A stretch of 64,000 nt of DNA, from the IMG/VR virus record IMGVR_UViG_3300042549_007727; one strand, written 5' to 3'. Positions within the stretch are counted from its first letter, which is position 1; the number at the start of each line of letters is the position of its first letter. Both the position numbers and the translations under genes were made by a program. The DNA is from a virus. Below the pieces are notes generated by a model, which searched no databases, was not told the origin of the DNA, and was given only the letters and a program-made list of their open reading frames with translations. Positions 32,992 through 44,376 of the stretch are shown piece after piece.

Positions 32992-35900
32992 TATGCCTGT
33001 GCCTCTGTCCATGATAGACGACCGGTAAATCTAGCTGTGTTGGATCCGGAAGATGTGTTTGTTACAACAATCGTAAGAACGTCCGGCCCATCCGGGTATA
33101 TTCCTGTTCTAGATGAAGAACTTCCTCCACCAAGAATTGAGTTTCCAAGGTCGCGTAGAGTTCTTAGCGAGATAGAGTCTGTACCCTGAGACAAGAAACC
33201 ACCAGTGATTTCTCCACCAGAAACAGTGACGTTACCGTTTACACTGTAGTCAGCAATCTGAGCTAGCGAGGAGTTAGCTGTGCCTGCATCAGCAAAGTTT
33301 GGTATAGTCCATGTTGCAGATACAGACGGCGTTGCGTTTAGGTAGGCTCTTACTAGATAGTTTGTACCAGCATCCTGCGTACTCACGCCGAGCTCAGAAA
33401 GCTTTAGCTGCATTCTGTTAATTAGCTCTCTTTGGCCGAATAGGGCACCTACACCGTTATCGGCTGAAGGAGCTAGTCTCACGGCAAATAGAGCTTTAGA
33501 TTGTCCAGGAAGAATTGAAACAGGATTAGTTTGACCATAGGTGAAGATAAGAGAGTTATCCTCATCAAAACGACCATCCATAATCACCGAGGTACCCCAG
33601 TGGGAAATCGAAGGTGCGAATGTTGGGTATGCCAACTCTACTGAGGTAGGAGATGGGGCGCTGTAAGTGTATGCCTTAGCTTCAGCACCCATCGGTGCAA
33701 ATATCAACGTTGGGTTAGATCCAGTAAGAGCGGTGTTTAGCGTGATAACTGTTCCAGCTATGTTGGTTATGTAAGCACCGTCCGGCACTGGGCTAGGGGA
33801 TGCGCTAGAAAATACGCGCTGGCCAACTTGAAGTCCAGTGGCACTAGCAACAATTCCTGAGTTTGACCCAATAGTCCAAGTGGAAGAGACACCAGAAGCA
33901 CCAGCTTTACCACGGACTAGTCCAGTGAAGGTAGTTGCTGTCTTGCCTGTGTAGTTTACATACTCGCTAAATAGTCCAGCTTCGTTGTTTGTAGTACTAG
34001 GCTTGATAATTAGTGTTCCTGTAGGAGGGAATCCGGCGGTAGATAGAACAGTTAATGTTTCTCCTGTGTCCGACAAGCTAGCATCTAGTCTAGTTGTCGG
34101 TGGCAGTGTTGAAGTTTCGTAGCGAGCTGGCAAGTTACCAGAGCGCATGTACGCTTCGTTGTTAACGTTGTTATTCTTCATCTTGTGGACGTAGAATACG
34201 TTACCGTCTATACCACGTAGGCCCCAGCGGATAAAGCCGGCACCGTACCAGGAGTAGTCTACATAGAACATTTGCATCTTAGTAAAGTCAACGTTAAATC
34301 CTGAAGGACCGGTACCGTCTGCTTTATCTAAGTTCCACTCAGACTGAGGGATTCTAGTGTCTATGGTTTTTGAGATATTTACGTGATCCGCGCTAGCTCC
34401 TCTGTAGGAAGGCGAAATTGTAAAGTTTGGTGTAACTGACAGATCATCAATAGCAATTACTCGGTATGACTGGCCCCGGATAATTACGTAATCTCCAGGG
34501 ATTAGCTGACTGGAGTAAGAAGTCGGGAATGACTCGTCTGTTCTAGTTACTACGTTAGATCCCTGAACTACTGATGAGCGTCCTGATAGCTGCTGGGTAG
34601 ATGAGCGCTTTACTACATACGCGTCTTGTCCGTCAATTTCCCAGAAAAGTCCGTTTTGAGCATCAAAAGTTCCTAATCTAGTGCTTGATCCGTACCATGA
34701 TGTTACGTTTAGGTTTACAATTCCAGTAGCTGGACTAGTAGTGGATTCTGGTAGCTCGTAAGTAAAAGTATTAAAGCTAGTTACCTGATCTACTGAAAAA
34801 GTGCCATTATATGCCGCCTCATTTGCACCGGAAACCAAAATTGAAGTGCCAGGCAGAATGTTGTGCTGCTCTTTAGTTGTAACTGTCGCGGTAGTTCCAG
34901 ATGAAGTAATACCATCAATAGTTGCATATGGCTTAAGGATTGTTCCAGACGAAACCTGTAGACCCTTACCTGACTGGTATCTAAAATAACGACGGGTTTG
35001 TCTAATAGCCTGTTCGTAGTTAGAGCTAGCGTTAGTTGAGAATAGAACTCCACCGTCGAAAGATCTGTGTAGGAACTGAGCCTGAGGACGTACATAAATA
35101 GACGCGTTTGTTGCAGTCAAGCCAGACGGAGTGCCTTCGGTTGGGTCTGCGTAGAATACAAATGTTGTTGGAGTTGCTACAGTTGCAACTCGATAAGCTC
35201 CGTTAGGTGGGTTAGTACCTGTGATACCAGCAGTAGCTATGGTGTTACCAATAGAAAGACCGTGGGGCACTGTAGTAGTTACAGTTACTTTTAAGCCAGA
35301 TACGGCTAGAGTAGGTGCTCCACCAATTCTTGCATCAGTGTAGATTACCGCTTCATAGATGGCAGTCTTGTTTGGGTCAAGAATTGAGGTAACGGTGGTC
35401 TTGTTTTGGGCGCGACCTAGGTAGGTAAATGATGCAGTACCACCACCGGACTCAATAATAAAGTTTCCATTGCCAGCAGCAAGGAAGGTGTCCTGAACTG
35501 TAATCGCTGTTCCTGTAGGAGGGGCTACTCCAGCTATAGCTGAACCTGAGGTCCATACCTCTGTTCCAGTTGTTGCATTTACTACAGAAAATGTAGTTGA
35601 AGTTAGTGTTCCAACTATTTGAAATGTTCCGTTGTAGCCTGAAACAGAAGATCCAGATATAGTTACATACTGTCCAGATCTAAATCCATGAGAGGATGAG
35701 GTTGTGTAGGTTACATATCCTGTAGATGGAGTGCTTGGGTCTGCACCAGTTACAGTTTTAGTAGTTGTAGTTAGAGCTACAGTAACAATTCTTGCATCTG
35801 TATTCATTGTCATTGAAGCTATGTTTGTCATTGGGGATGCAACCTGGAAAGCAAACGGCCTATTGTTAGTTACACCTAAGTTTTCCCATTTCGACTGCTG

Positions 35901-36029
35901 GGTACCATACTCGAAGTCGGTATCAATAAGCGCTTGAGCGGTTGAGGTACGTAGTTTATTTACCGGATCGGTAAGAACTTCTGTTGGGTTAAAACGGCCA
36001 TCTGATGCCGGAAACTGTTGAATACTCAT
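32991..36029 (-). CDS. Large virion structural protein, paralog B
   Basis: Shares ALIDTDFEYGTQ..KWE, RQTRRYFRYQSGKGLQ, AYMRSGNLPARYET and SWTEAQA with 14709-17705. Confidence 0.7.
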   Translation of the reverse strand: MSIQQFPASDGRFNPTEVLTDPVNKLRTSTAQALIDTDFEYGTQQSKWENLGVTNNRPFAFQVASPMTNIASMTMNTDARIVTVALTTTTKTVTGADPSTPSTGYVTYTTSSSHGFRSGQYVTISGSSVSGYNGTFQIVGTLTSTTFSVVNATTGTEVWTSGSAIAGVAPPTGTAITVQDTFLAAGNGNFIIESGGGTASFTYLGRAQNKTTVTSILDPNKTAIYEAVIYTDARIGGAPTLAVSGLKVTVTTTVPHGLSIGNTIATAGITGTNPPNGAYRVATVATPTTFVFYADPTEGTPSGLTATNASIYVRPQAQFLHRSFDGGVLFSTNASSNYEQAIRQTRRYFRYQSGKGLQVSSGTILKPYATIDGITSSGTTATVTTKEQHNILPGTSILVSGANEAAYNGTFSVDQVTSFNTFTYELPESTTSPATGIVNLNVTSWYGSSTRLGTFDAQNGLFWEIDGQDAYVVKRSSTQQLSGRSSVVQGSNVVTRTDESFPTSYSSQLIPGDYVIIRGQSYRVIAIDDLSVTPNFTISPSYRGASADHVNISKTIDTRIPQSEWNLDKADGTGPSGFNVDFTKMQMFYVDYSWYGAGFIRWGLRGIDGNVFYVHKMKNNNVNNEAYMRSGNLPARYETSTLPPTTRLDASLSDTGETLTVLSTAGFPPTGTLIIKPSTTNNEAGLFSEYVNYTGKTATTFTGLVRGKAGASGVSSTWTIGSNSGIVASATGLQVGQRVFSSASPSPVPDGAYITNIAGTVITLNTALTGSNPTLIFAPMGAEAKAYTYSAPSPTSVELAYPTFAPSISHWGTSVIMDGRFDEDNSLIFTYGQTNPVSILPGQSKALFAVRLAPSADNGVGALFGQRELINRMQLKLSELGVSTQDAGTNYLVRAYLNATPSVSATWTIPNFADAGTANSSLAQIADYSVNGNVTVSGGEITGGFLSQGTDSISLRTLRDLGNSILGGGSSSSRTGIYPDGPDVLTIVVTNTSSGSNTARFTGRLSWTEAQA

Positions 36030-36343
36030 TACGCTATCTCTACTCCGCTAATGTGGACTTTTACTGTGGTGGCTGACGCAAATCCGCGAATTTTTTTAGG
36101 GGTTGCGTTAGCGTCTAAAACCTGTTTCATATCAACTGAAATTGTTGAATGCCCTGCAATAGGAGTCTCATCAAACACTTCAACGCCATCTAATAGAATG
36201 TTGAATGTTTCGCCCGCTGCACCAGTGTTTACTACAACAATGTTAGTGACAACAGTTGTAGTTCCAGTGGTCGGAACTGTGTATAGATCGCCAACGGTTG
36301 TAGCGAATGCGGCTCTTGATAGAGCTTTAGTTGTGGTAGCCAT
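36029..36343 (-). CDS. Small virion protein
   Basis: LYTVP...T.V.NI...N...SGVEI all-beta pattern in a structural operon. Confidence 0.65.
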   Translation of the reverse strand: MATTTKALSRAAFATTVGDLYTVPTTGTTTVVTNIVVVNTGAAGETFNILLDGVEVFDETPIAGHSTISVDMKQVLDANATPKKIRGFASATTVKVHISGVEIA

Positions 36344-36379
36344 TAATTACTACTCTCTTTTCTTTTGTTATTTGTGCGT

Positions 36380-39300
36380 TTAGTAAGCACCCATGATTAC
36401 CATTATATCGGTATCAGTGGGAAGTGTTGTCCAGCCAGCATCTCCATTAGTGTTGGAAAGTTTAACTAAAAATTGTCCGGTAGTTCCTCCGGTAGGTAGT
36501 GATTCACCAGAAGGACCGGTTGGGCCAGCGGGACCCTGAGGACCTGCCTCACCAGAAGTTAGAACCCAGTAACCGTCGTAGAACGCGTAGATTCCAGCCT
36601 GTTCAGTGTTAAACCATAAAGCTCCCTCGCTAGCTCCAGTTGGAGGAGTTGCTGAAACAGCGAGGCTTGCACCGCCACCAGTACCGTTAGCTGCAAGAGT
36701 AATTCTTCCCTTAGCGTCTACAGTGATGTTTGCGTTGGTGTATGAGCCAGCTGTCACACCAGAAGTAGCTAAAGTTGGGTTTGGATAAGTTCCAGTTAGA
36801 TCTCCACCAGCAGGTCCGGTTGGGGTACGAGAGTTAGTTAGTCGAGCATCAGCATTTACAACTGCAGTACCGGCAACTTCTGACGGGCTAACGTTTCCAA
36901 CGCTTAATACACCACCAGCACTCGACTTTACTACACCCGCAACCAAAGGCATGATAACGGTTCCAGTAAATGTTGGGCTAGCTTTTGGTGCCTTGTCATT
37001 TAACTGGTCTTGTATGGAAGACGTAACGCCTTCTAGGTAAGCAATTTCTGTACCAGTTACATCACCAATAGAGGTGGTTACCGGTAGGACGGTAGTTCCA
37101 GTAAAGGTCGAAGCGTCTAGAGTTGCAACAACAGCTGAATCGATAGCAATCTCTGATCCAACTTTTGTAATTCCAGTGCCGGCAGTAATGTTCTGCGCTG
37201 CGCTAAACTGTTCGTAGCTAATGTCATCTGTACCAATAACTACGGTACCAACGTTTGTCACAACGAACCCAGCATTTGCGTATGTTGAACCATCTGTTAC
37301 TAGACAGAAAGATCCACCAGTTAGTTCCGCAGACGGGCTGTTGTCAGCATCAGTAGCACGAGTTATCACCCATGGGTTAGATCCGTCACCTAGAGCGGTA
37401 ATAGTGTAGATACCATTTTGTTTTGCGTCAGTTTGAGCACGTAGGAGAATGCGGGCACCAACAGTGACTGTTGCACCGTCAATAGTCCCAATTGCACCGT
37501 TTGAAGCCTTGGTGAGTGTTGCACCAAGTCCAGCAGTTCCGTTGTCATAGGTTCCAGCCAAGTTGCCGACGGTAGCCGCAACTACTGGCTCGCTAACGCT
37601 TAGACCGGTTGCAACGCTGTCTACGTAACCCTTGGTTGCTGCCTGTAGGTCAGTTGTTGGTGAACCTGGAAGGACTAGGGCACCAGTAAGGGTTCCACCA
37701 GAAAGTGCTAGTCTGCCGTCAATTGCAGTTTGCTGAGCAGTTGAAACTGGCTTATTGGTGTCAGAAGTATTGTCTACGTTTCCTAGTCCAACCATGCTCT
37801 TTGAGATACCGCTCACGGTGCCTGTAAAGGTTGCGCCAGCTAGAGATGCCTTGCCATCGATCTGAGTCTGAATTGAGCTAGTTACACCGTCAACATAGTT
37901 TAACTCTTCAGTTGATGCAGTTATGCCGTCTAGAGTATTTAACTCAGCGGCAGTTGCAGTTAGGTCAGAGACGTCTGCAACTTCAACAGTAATGATGTTG
38001 TCTGCAGTATCAATAGTTTTGTTAGTTAGTGTTTGTGTACCACTGTTGGTGATCACAGAGTCAGTAATCTTGATGTTACCGGAGCCATCGAACTCAACGC
38101 CAGTGCCTAGTTTTACGGAAATAGCTGAAGATGAGTCGTTATAAGTAAGACCATTTCCTACGTTATCGCCCACTGCATCTTGCGCACGCTCATTAGTGAA
38201 GTAGAGGTTTGTACCTTCTTCAATTACCGAAGTAGTAAGTGCGTCTATTGCAGCAGTTGTGAAGGTGTTGGCATCAGTTTCTGCTTGATCAGCTTTGCTC
38301 TGAGCTCCAGTAGTAGTCTCGAGTAGCGAGGTGTCAGCAATACCGTGAATACCTGTGGTGTCGTCAGCGTGCGCGGTAAGTGCAGCTGTAGTTGCCTTTA
38401 GGTCAAGTGCAGTCTGAGTTGCACTTGAGATCGGCTTATTAGCGTCTGTAGTGTTGTCAACGTTGCCAAGTCCTACCATCGCCTTGGTAATACCAGCTAC
38501 AGTTCCAGTAAAGGTTGGAGAATTTAGAGCTGCCTTCTGGTTAATCAGAACCTGGGTAGCAGTTGAGACTGGCTTGTCTATGTCAGAAGTGTTATCAACA
38601 TCACCAAGACCCACCATAGACTTAGTTACACCAGCTACAGTTCCAGTAAATGTTGGGTTGTTTGTTGGTGCTTTGCTGTCTAGCTGAGTTTGAATCGCGC
38701 TAGTTACACCATCAACATAGTTAAGCTCTGTAGTGGATACAGTAATTCCGTCTAAGACATTAAGCTCGTTTGAGGTAATTGTGCCTATAGTTGTGCTTTC
38801 AGGTAGAACTACGTTTCCGCTAAATGTTGGTGATTCTAGAGGAGCATAAGTGGTTTCTGCATCAGAAGAGTCTAGCTTTAAGTCTATTTTTTCTAGCTCT
38901 GCTGCTAGGTCATACAGTTCGGTTACATTTTTAATGACTGTTACATCGGCTGGTAGGGCTACAGTTCCCTCAAAAATAGGGCTATCTATTGGAGCTTTCT
39001 CTGCTAGTAGTAGGCCAATTTCTTCATTGTGAGTTGCTTTAGAGTCTGCAATAGCACTAGCTAAAAGTTCGCCATTTACTAGAAGAGAAAAGTCTGCAAC
39101 TCCATGAATATTTAAAGTTTCCCCAGTATGTGTCTCTATGGCAGAGGTTACATCTGCAAAAGTTGTTAGCTCCGTGGTATCTGCAATACCGTGAACGTTA
39201 CTTGTAGTTCCTGCGTGTATTGCTATTTGATCATCAGTATAGTCTTTGGCTACAGTTAAGGACGTCTCTGTTGATGTGTCAACATAGTCTTTTGAAGCTG

Positions 39301-40675
39301 TAACTGCATAGTCTGTAGAAATTATATTTCCGTCTAGCTCTATACCCAAGCCAGCTATGTAGGTACCAACACCAGAGAACTGAACCCAAGTTATGTCATC
39401 TACTCCAACTGCAAAAGTTCCAGCATTTTCAACTAATGCAACCCATCCAGTTGATCCGTTAGTAGCTCCTTCTTGAACAAAGACATAAGACGATGGAATT
39501 TCTTCGGGTTCGTCACAGAAAATGCAGCGCTTTAGCACCCAAGCAGTTCCTGCATTTCCAACAACAGTTATGTAGTAGCGACCATTTTGAATAGGGTTAG
39601 TCTGATCTTTAACTAAAATTCCATCTCCAGCTGACCAGCCGACTGACAATCCATCAATAGTTAAAGTTGCAGTTGCAGGGATAGTAAGAGTTGCGTCAAC
39701 TCCATTTGTTCCATTGTTGTATGTAGCAGTTATATTTTCTGTAGTAGCCGCTAATACAGCCGGTCTTACATGAAGACCTTCGGCGACAGCGTCAACGTAA
39801 CCCTTAGTTGCAGCATGGTCCGACTGCGTAGGTTCACCTAAATCTGTAAGCTGGTTGCCGTCCATTAACAGGTCGTCGCCCATAGTTTTATTAGTTAAAG
39901 TTTGAGCTTCTGTAGTTCCGACAATTTCATCAACGCCGTGACTAGATGTAGAGCTCGCGTGGTCGGATATCTGGGTATTTGTATAATCCTCTGCAGCAGT
40001 CTGCGCTGCTGTTGCTTTGGTTTGAGAGCCTGTCTGAGTTTCTAGCTCAGCGGTGTCACTTATACCGTGAACTCCCAGTGTTAGACTACTGTGAGTAGTG
40101 ACTGCTTCGTCTGCATAGCCTTCTGCGTCGTCTAAAGCAGTTGACGCTGAACCATATGCATCATATGTGTTTGCAGTTACAGAGATTGCACCAGTCGTGT
40201 CATTGTATGACAAACCAGTCCCAACAGAATTACCAACTGCATCCTGAGCAAGCTCAGCAATATCTGCAGAGTTTGCCTTGGAGTTTATCTGAGTCTGAAT
40301 AGAAGAGGTAACGCCATCTAGGTAACCGATTTCGGTGTCAGATACTCCGGTAACCTTGTCTTGCTTGGTTCCCAGTGCGGTAGATACTGTGCTAAAAAAG
40401 TTTGGGTCATCATTAATTGCAGCAGCTAGCTCATTTAGAGTGTCTAGGGTGCTAGGGGAAAGATCAATTACGCCAGCAACAGCTGCTGATATTGCAGAGG
40501 AGATTTCAGTAGGGGTTAGCCCGGTGTATGCCAGCGAAGTCCAAGCTGTAGAGCCATTACCAATTTTAAGCTTAAGGGTATCGCTCTCAAACCCAAACTC
40601 ACCCGCAGATAGCGTAGGGTTGGTTGACGTCCATTGGGCCGCTAAGCCGCGCCGAGCTTGAATTTTAACTGCCAT
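36380..40675 (-). CDS. Long tail-fibre protein with Mtd-like N-terminal domain
   Basis: [35 protein letters not shown]; [13 protein letters not shown] repeats; AATKGYVD; two Q....NG.Y domains. Confidence 0.8.
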   Translation of the reverse strand: MAVKIQARRGLAAQWTSTNPTLSAGEFGFESDTLKLKIGNGSTAWTSLAYTGLTPTEISSAISAAVAGVIDLSPSTLDTLNELAAAINDDPNFFSTVSTALGTKQDKVTGVSDTEIGYLDGVTSSIQTQINSKANSADIAELAQDAVGNSVGTGLSYNDTTGAISVTANTYDAYGSASTALDDAEGYADEAVTTHSSLTLGVHGISDTAELETQTGSQTKATAAQTAAEDYTNTQISDHASSTSSHGVDEIVGTTEAQTLTNKTMGDDLLMDGNQLTDLGEPTQSDHAATKGYVDAVAEGLHVRPAVLAATTENITATYNNGTNGVDATLTIPATATLTIDGLSVGWSAGDGILVKDQTNPIQNGRYYITVVGNAGTAWVLKRCIFCDEPEEIPSSYVFVQEGATNGSTGWVALVENAGTFAVGVDDITWVQFSGVGTYIAGLGIELDGNIISTDYAVTASKDYVDTSTETSLTVAKDYTDDQIAIHAGTTSNVHGIADTTELTTFADVTSAIETHTGETLNIHGVADFSLLVNGELLASAIADSKATHNEEIGLLLAEKAPIDSPIFEGTVALPADVTVIKNVTELYDLAAELEKIDLKLDSSDAETTYAPLESPTFSGNVVLPESTTIGTITSNELNVLDGITVSTTELNYVDGVTSAIQTQLDSKAPTNNPTFTGTVAGVTKSMVGLGDVDNTSDIDKPVSTATQVLINQKAALNSPTFTGTVAGITKAMVGLGNVDNTTDANKPISSATQTALDLKATTAALTAHADDTTGIHGIADTSLLETTTGAQSKADQAETDANTFTTAAIDALTTSVIEEGTNLYFTNERAQDAVGDNVGNGLTYNDSSSAISVKLGTGVEFDGSGNIKITDSVITNSGTQTLTNKTIDTADNIITVEVADVSDLTATAAELNTLDGITASTEELNYVDGVTSSIQTQIDGKASLAGATFTGTVSGISKSMVGLGNVDNTSDTNKPVSTAQQTAIDGRLALSGGTLTGALVLPGSPTTDLQAATKGYVDSVATGLSVSEPVVAATVGNLAGTYDNGTAGLGATLTKASNGAIGTIDGATVTVGARILLRAQTDAKQNGIYTITALGDGSNPWVITRATDADNSPSAELTGGSFCLVTDGSTYANAGFVVTNVGTVVIGTDDISYEQFSAAQNITAGTGITKVGSEIAIDSAVVATLDASTFTGTTVLPVTTSIGDVTGTEIAYLEGVTSSIQDQLNDKAPKASPTFTGTVIMPLVAGVVKSSAGGVLSVGNVSPSEVAGTAVVNADARLTNSRTPTGPAGGDLTGTYPNPTLATSGVTAGSYTNANITVDAKGRITLAANGTGGGASLAVSATPPTGASEGALWFNTEQAGIYAFYDGYWVLTSGEAGPQGPAGPTGPSGESLPTGGTTGQFLVKLSNTNGDAGWTTLPTDTDIMVIMGAY

Positions 40676-40700
40676 TATATTCTACCTTTAATTTCTACCA

Positions 40701-41201
40701 TTAGCCGTTTATAAACTCTGTAGTGTTGTAGAGACCACCATCTATTGTACCAGCGAATTCAGTGGTATTATATGAGCCTCCATCTCCAGATGTCACTCCA
40801 AAAGCAACTAAAAGTTCTAGGAAACTAGTGTTTACCCACGCGTTTACTGAACCGTCATAAAAAAGTACTTCTCCATTAGCTGGAGTCGGAGTTGTTACGT
40901 CTGTTAAATCTGTTAGTGATACTGCTCCAGCAGTGTCATCTACCCACTGGGTGTTGTAGTTGTCGCCATTAATTTTTGCAAGAATCTGTCCAGCAGTTCC
41001 ACCTGTTGGGACTCCCGGGCCTGTTGCACCTGTTGGTCCTGTTGCACCAGTTGGTCCAGTAGCGCCAGTGGGGCCAGTAGCACCAATGGCATAGTCGTAA
41101 CCAACGGTCTCCCAGGCAACGCCAGTCCACTTCCAAGTGCTGGTTCCAGCAGTAAATACGTCATTGACTGACGGGGAATCTGGGAAATTAATAGCTGACA
41201 T
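40701..41201 (-). CDS. Short collagen-containing fibre adaptor
   Basis: MSAINFP module, GPT tract, GGTAGQILAK, LTDLTDV. Confidence 0.7.
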   Translation of the reverse strand: MSAINFPDSPSVNDVFTAGTSTWKWTGVAWETVGYDYAIGATGPTGATGPTGATGPTGATGPGVPTGGTAGQILAKINGDNYNTQWVDDTAGAVSLTDLTDVTTPTPANGEVLFYDGSVNAWVNTSFLELLVAFGVTSGDGGSYNTTEFAGTIDGGLYNTTEFING

Positions 41202-41221
41202 TTATCTATTCTACCCTATTT

Positions 41222-43624
41222 CTAAACCGCAAAGTCTCCTCCGATGCGAGCAACTCTAAAACGAAGTAAGGTGTTGAAAACTGTAAAAAGTCCGCCAAGC
41301 AATATCTTCCCGTCTGACTGAGTAACTATTGAAAAAATAGTGTCACTAGCTCCGGTGCCGGTATTTGTGCTAAATGCTGTATCTCGTGTCCCATCCGAGT
41401 TGAGTCTTACAATGCGGTTTACCGTTGTACCGTTAAAAGTTGTAAAATTCCCGCCAAGCAGTATCTTTCCATCTGATTGAACAGCTACCGAGCTAACTGT
41501 GGTGTCTGCCCCCGTGCCAGTATTTGCGCTAAATGCTGTATCTACTGTTGCATCTGTATTAAGCCTTACAATGCGGCGGGCACTTACACCATTAAAACTT
41601 GTAAAGTCTCCACCTAACAATATCTTCCCATCTGATTGAACAGCTACTGAGTTGACTGTGTTATTAGCTCCAAAACTAAACCCAGGCTCAATAACAAACG
41701 TTGCGTCTCGTGTTCCATCTGCATTTAGCCTTACAATTCGAGTTGTTGTTGTCCCTTTAAAGCCTGAATAAGATCCGCCAACTAATATTTTTCCATCTGA
41801 TTGGATGGCTATTGAGTTAACTGAAGAATTGAACCCTGTTCCAATATTTGTTATAAAAGCAGTGTCTACTGTTCCGTCTGCATTAAGTCTTGCAATACGG
41901 TTTACCGTTGTACCGTTAAAGGTTGTAAAGCTCCCGCCAAAAAGTATTTTTCCGTCTGTTTGAACAGCTATTGAGTTGACTCTGTTATCTGTCCAACCCC
42001 CGGTATTTGCCCTAAAAGCTGTATCCATTGTCCCGTTTGCATTAAGTCTTACAGTCCGGAATGACGATGTACCATTAAAATCTGTAAAGTCTCCGCCAAT
42101 CAGTATCTTGTCATCTGACTGAATAGCAATTGAGACGGCGTTGGAATTAAGTGCTGTTCCAATATTTGTCATAAAGTCGGTATCTAATGTTAGATCCGAG
42201 TTAAGTCTGACAATACGACGGGCACTCACGCTATTAAAAAAATAAAAATCTCCAACTAATAAAATTTTGTTATTTGATTGAATACCTATATCTCTCACTA
42301 GGCCACTAACGGAAGGTATCTCCCCTAATTCTCCATCTGAGCTGAGTTTTACAAAGCCCCTTACTTCTATCTCATCAAATGTTGAAAAACCTCCACCCAG
42401 TAAAATAGTTCCGTCTGGTTGAATAGCGACCCTGCTTGGTGACGTAAGTGGTCCAGTGCCGGTATTTGTAGTAAATGCTGTATCTAAAGTTCCGTTTGCA
42501 TTAAGTCTTGCAATGGAGTTTACTGATATACCATTAATACTATTAACAGTCCCGCCGAGCAATATCTTTCCATCTGATTGAATAGCCATTAAAGAAATAG
42601 TGTTATTTGCCCCAACCCCAATATTTGTCATAAAGTCGGTGTCCCGTGTTCCATCCGAGTTGAGTCTTACAATGCGGTTTACCGTTGTACCGTTAAAAGT
42701 TGTAAAATTCCCGCCAAGCAATATCTTCCCGTCTGACTGAGTAACTATTGAAAAAATAGTGTCACTAGCTCCGGTGCCGGTATTTGTGCTAAATGCTGTA
42801 TCTCGTGTCCCATCCGAGTTGAGTCTTACAATGCGGTTTACCGTTGTACCGTTAAAAGTTGTAAAATTCCCGCCAAGCAGTATCTTTCCATCTGACTGAG
42901 TAACTATTGAGTAGACGATGTTATCCATGCCAGTGCCAGTATTTGCGCTAAATGCTGTATCTCGTGTCCCATCCGAGTTGAGTCTTACAATGCGGTTTAC
43001 CGTTGTACCGTTAAAAGTTGTAAAATTCCCGCCAAGCAATATCTTCCCGTCTGACTGAGTAACTATTGAAAAAATAGTGTCACTAGCTCCGGTGCCGGTA
43101 TTTGTGCTAAATGCTGTATCTCGTGTCCCATCCGAGTTGAGTCTTACAATGCGGTTTACCGTTGTACCGTTAAAAGTTGTAAAATTCCCGCCAAGCAGTA
43201 TCTTTCCATCTGATTGAATGTCCCTTGAAAAAATAACATCATTTGCCCCCGTGCCGGTATTTGTGCTAAATGCTGTATCTCGTGTCCCATCCGAGTTGAG
43301 TCTTACAATGCGGTTTACCGTTGTACCGTTAAAAGTTGTAAAAGTCCCCCCTAAAACTATCTTTCCGTCTGATTGAATCGCTATTGAGTTAACTGATCCC
43401 ACTTGACCCGTTGACGACCCAAGGTTAGTATTGAAATTTGCTGGAAAAAAATTTTCTTCGTTACCCAGTGGAGCATCTAAAACACCGCCCTGCAAAAACC
43501 AATTTTTCCATTTTTCATCTATCTTGGTCCATGCTGACTTAGCTATTCTCCAGCTTCCAGAGACTTTGACATAAGGAGCTGACATGTTTCTCCATGTCCC
43601 AGAAACTTTAGTTTGAGCCCCCAT
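41222..43624 (-). CDS. Delta-60 repeat beta-propeller protein (14 repeats), probable receptor-binding head
   Basis: QSDGKILLGG.FT.FNG...NRIVRLNSDGT.D..F repeats. Confidence 0.85.
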   Translation of the reverse strand: MGAQTKVSGTWRNMSAPYVKVSGSWRIAKSAWTKIDEKWKNWFLQGGVLDAPLGNEENFFPANFNTNLGSSTGQVGSVNSIAIQSDGKIVLGGTFTTFNGTTVNRIVRLNSDGTRDTAFSTNTGTGANDVIFSRDIQSDGKILLGGNFTTFNGTTVNRIVRLNSDGTRDTAFSTNTGTGASDTIFSIVTQSDGKILLGGNFTTFNGTTVNRIVRLNSDGTRDTAFSANTGTGMDNIVYSIVTQSDGKILLGGNFTTFNGTTVNRIVRLNSDGTRDTAFSTNTGTGASDTIFSIVTQSDGKILLGGNFTTFNGTTVNRIVRLNSDGTRDTDFMTNIGVGANNTISLMAIQSDGKILLGGTVNSINGISVNSIARLNANGTLDTAFTTNTGTGPLTSPSRVAIQPDGTILLGGGFSTFDEIEVRGFVKLSSDGELGEIPSVSGLVRDIGIQSNNKILLVGDFYFFNSVSARRIVRLNSDLTLDTDFMTNIGTALNSNAVSIAIQSDDKILIGGDFTDFNGTSSFRTVRLNANGTMDTAFRANTGGWTDNRVNSIAVQTDGKILFGGSFTTFNGTTVNRIARLNADGTVDTAFITNIGTGFNSSVNSIAIQSDGKILVGGSYSGFKGTTTTRIVRLNADGTRDATFVIEPGFSFGANNTVNSVAVQSDGKILLGGDFTSFNGVSARRIVRLNTDATVDTAFSANTGTGADTTVSSVAVQSDGKILLGGNFTTFNGTTVNRIVRLNSDGTRDTAFSTNTGTGASDTIFSIVTQSDGKILLGGLFTVFNTLLRFRVARIGGDFAV
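41290..43390 (-). repeat. Coding repeats of 159 bp (53 aa), several near-identical
   Basis: CCATCCGAGTTGAGTCTTACAATGCGG recurs at 42651, 42810, 42969 and onward with a 159-bp period, and again near 41391. Confidence 0.9.
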
Positions 43625-44349
43625 TAGCTATAAACAATCCAAAGATCGCCATTGTTGCCATCTCCAGCAGTTGGGCCCGTTGTTGAAGCCTGTATGAAGG
43701 TACCGTTTTCTCCGGCCGATCCAGTAGCACCAGTAGCGCCAGTTGGACCTGTTGGACCAGTCGGACCTCCTGAAGGGCCGGTCGGTCCGGTATCGCCTGT
43801 TGCACCAGTAGCACCTGTAGAACCTGTTGGTCCAGTTACTGTTGATGCGGCACCCGTTGCACCTGTAGCACCCGTAGGTCCAGTTGCTCCTGTAGGTCCA
43901 GTATCTCCTGCTGCACCAGTCGCACCAGTCGGTCCTGTAGGTCCAGTTGCACCATCAGCTCCCGCAAGTCCACCCTCAACATAGATATTTGCAATTGCTT
44001 CATCTACATATGTTTCTGTAGCCAATCCTTCAATATTTGCAGCAGGCCCAGTTGGGCCTGTCGGACCTTGCGGGCCAACATTGTTCTGGCCTGGCTCTAT
44101 CCAAAAAGAATCGTAGTAAACAAAAGTTTTACCGCTAACAGAGTTAAACCATATATCTCCACTGCTTGGGGATGATGGGGGAGTTTCAGAGACCGAGTAG
44201 GTATTGCCTTTAGTATTTACCCAGGCGGAGCCATCGTGAACATAAACGGCATCTTCGTCTGCCTTAAAAAAGAGATCGCCAGCAGAACCTACCGACGGGA
44301 GAGTATTTCCCGACGGTAGGCCTACAGGGGTTAAAAACTTTTTAGACAT
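43624..44349 (-). CDS. Collagen-like fibre protein
   Basis: GPT/GAT tracts; GDIWFNS module; ends GDLWIVYS. Confidence 0.8.
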   Translation of the reverse strand: MSKKFLTPVGLPSGNTLPSVGSAGDLFFKADEDAVYVHDGSAWVNTKGNTYSVSETPPSSPSSGDIWFNSVSGKTFVYYDSFWIEPGQNNVGPQGPTGPTGPAANIEGLATETYVDEAIANIYVEGGLAGADGATGPTGPTGATGAAGDTGPTGATGPTGATGATGAASTVTGPTGSTGATGATGDTGPTGPSGGPTGPTGPTGATGATGSAGENGTFIQASTTGPTAGDGNNGDLWIVYS

Positions 44350-44376
44350 TACCTATCCTTATGTAGATATAGGTTA

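Noticed and set aside
36380-40675. Diversity-generating retroelement suggested by the Mtd-like N-terminus
   Set aside because: No reverse transcriptase and no TR/VR pair with adenine-specific differences seen in the window; only the N-terminal anchor domain is Mtd-like
41290-43390. Long regularly spaced repeats resembling a CRISPR array
   Set aside because: The 159-bp period equals a 53-aa delta-60 protein repeat with an open frame throughout
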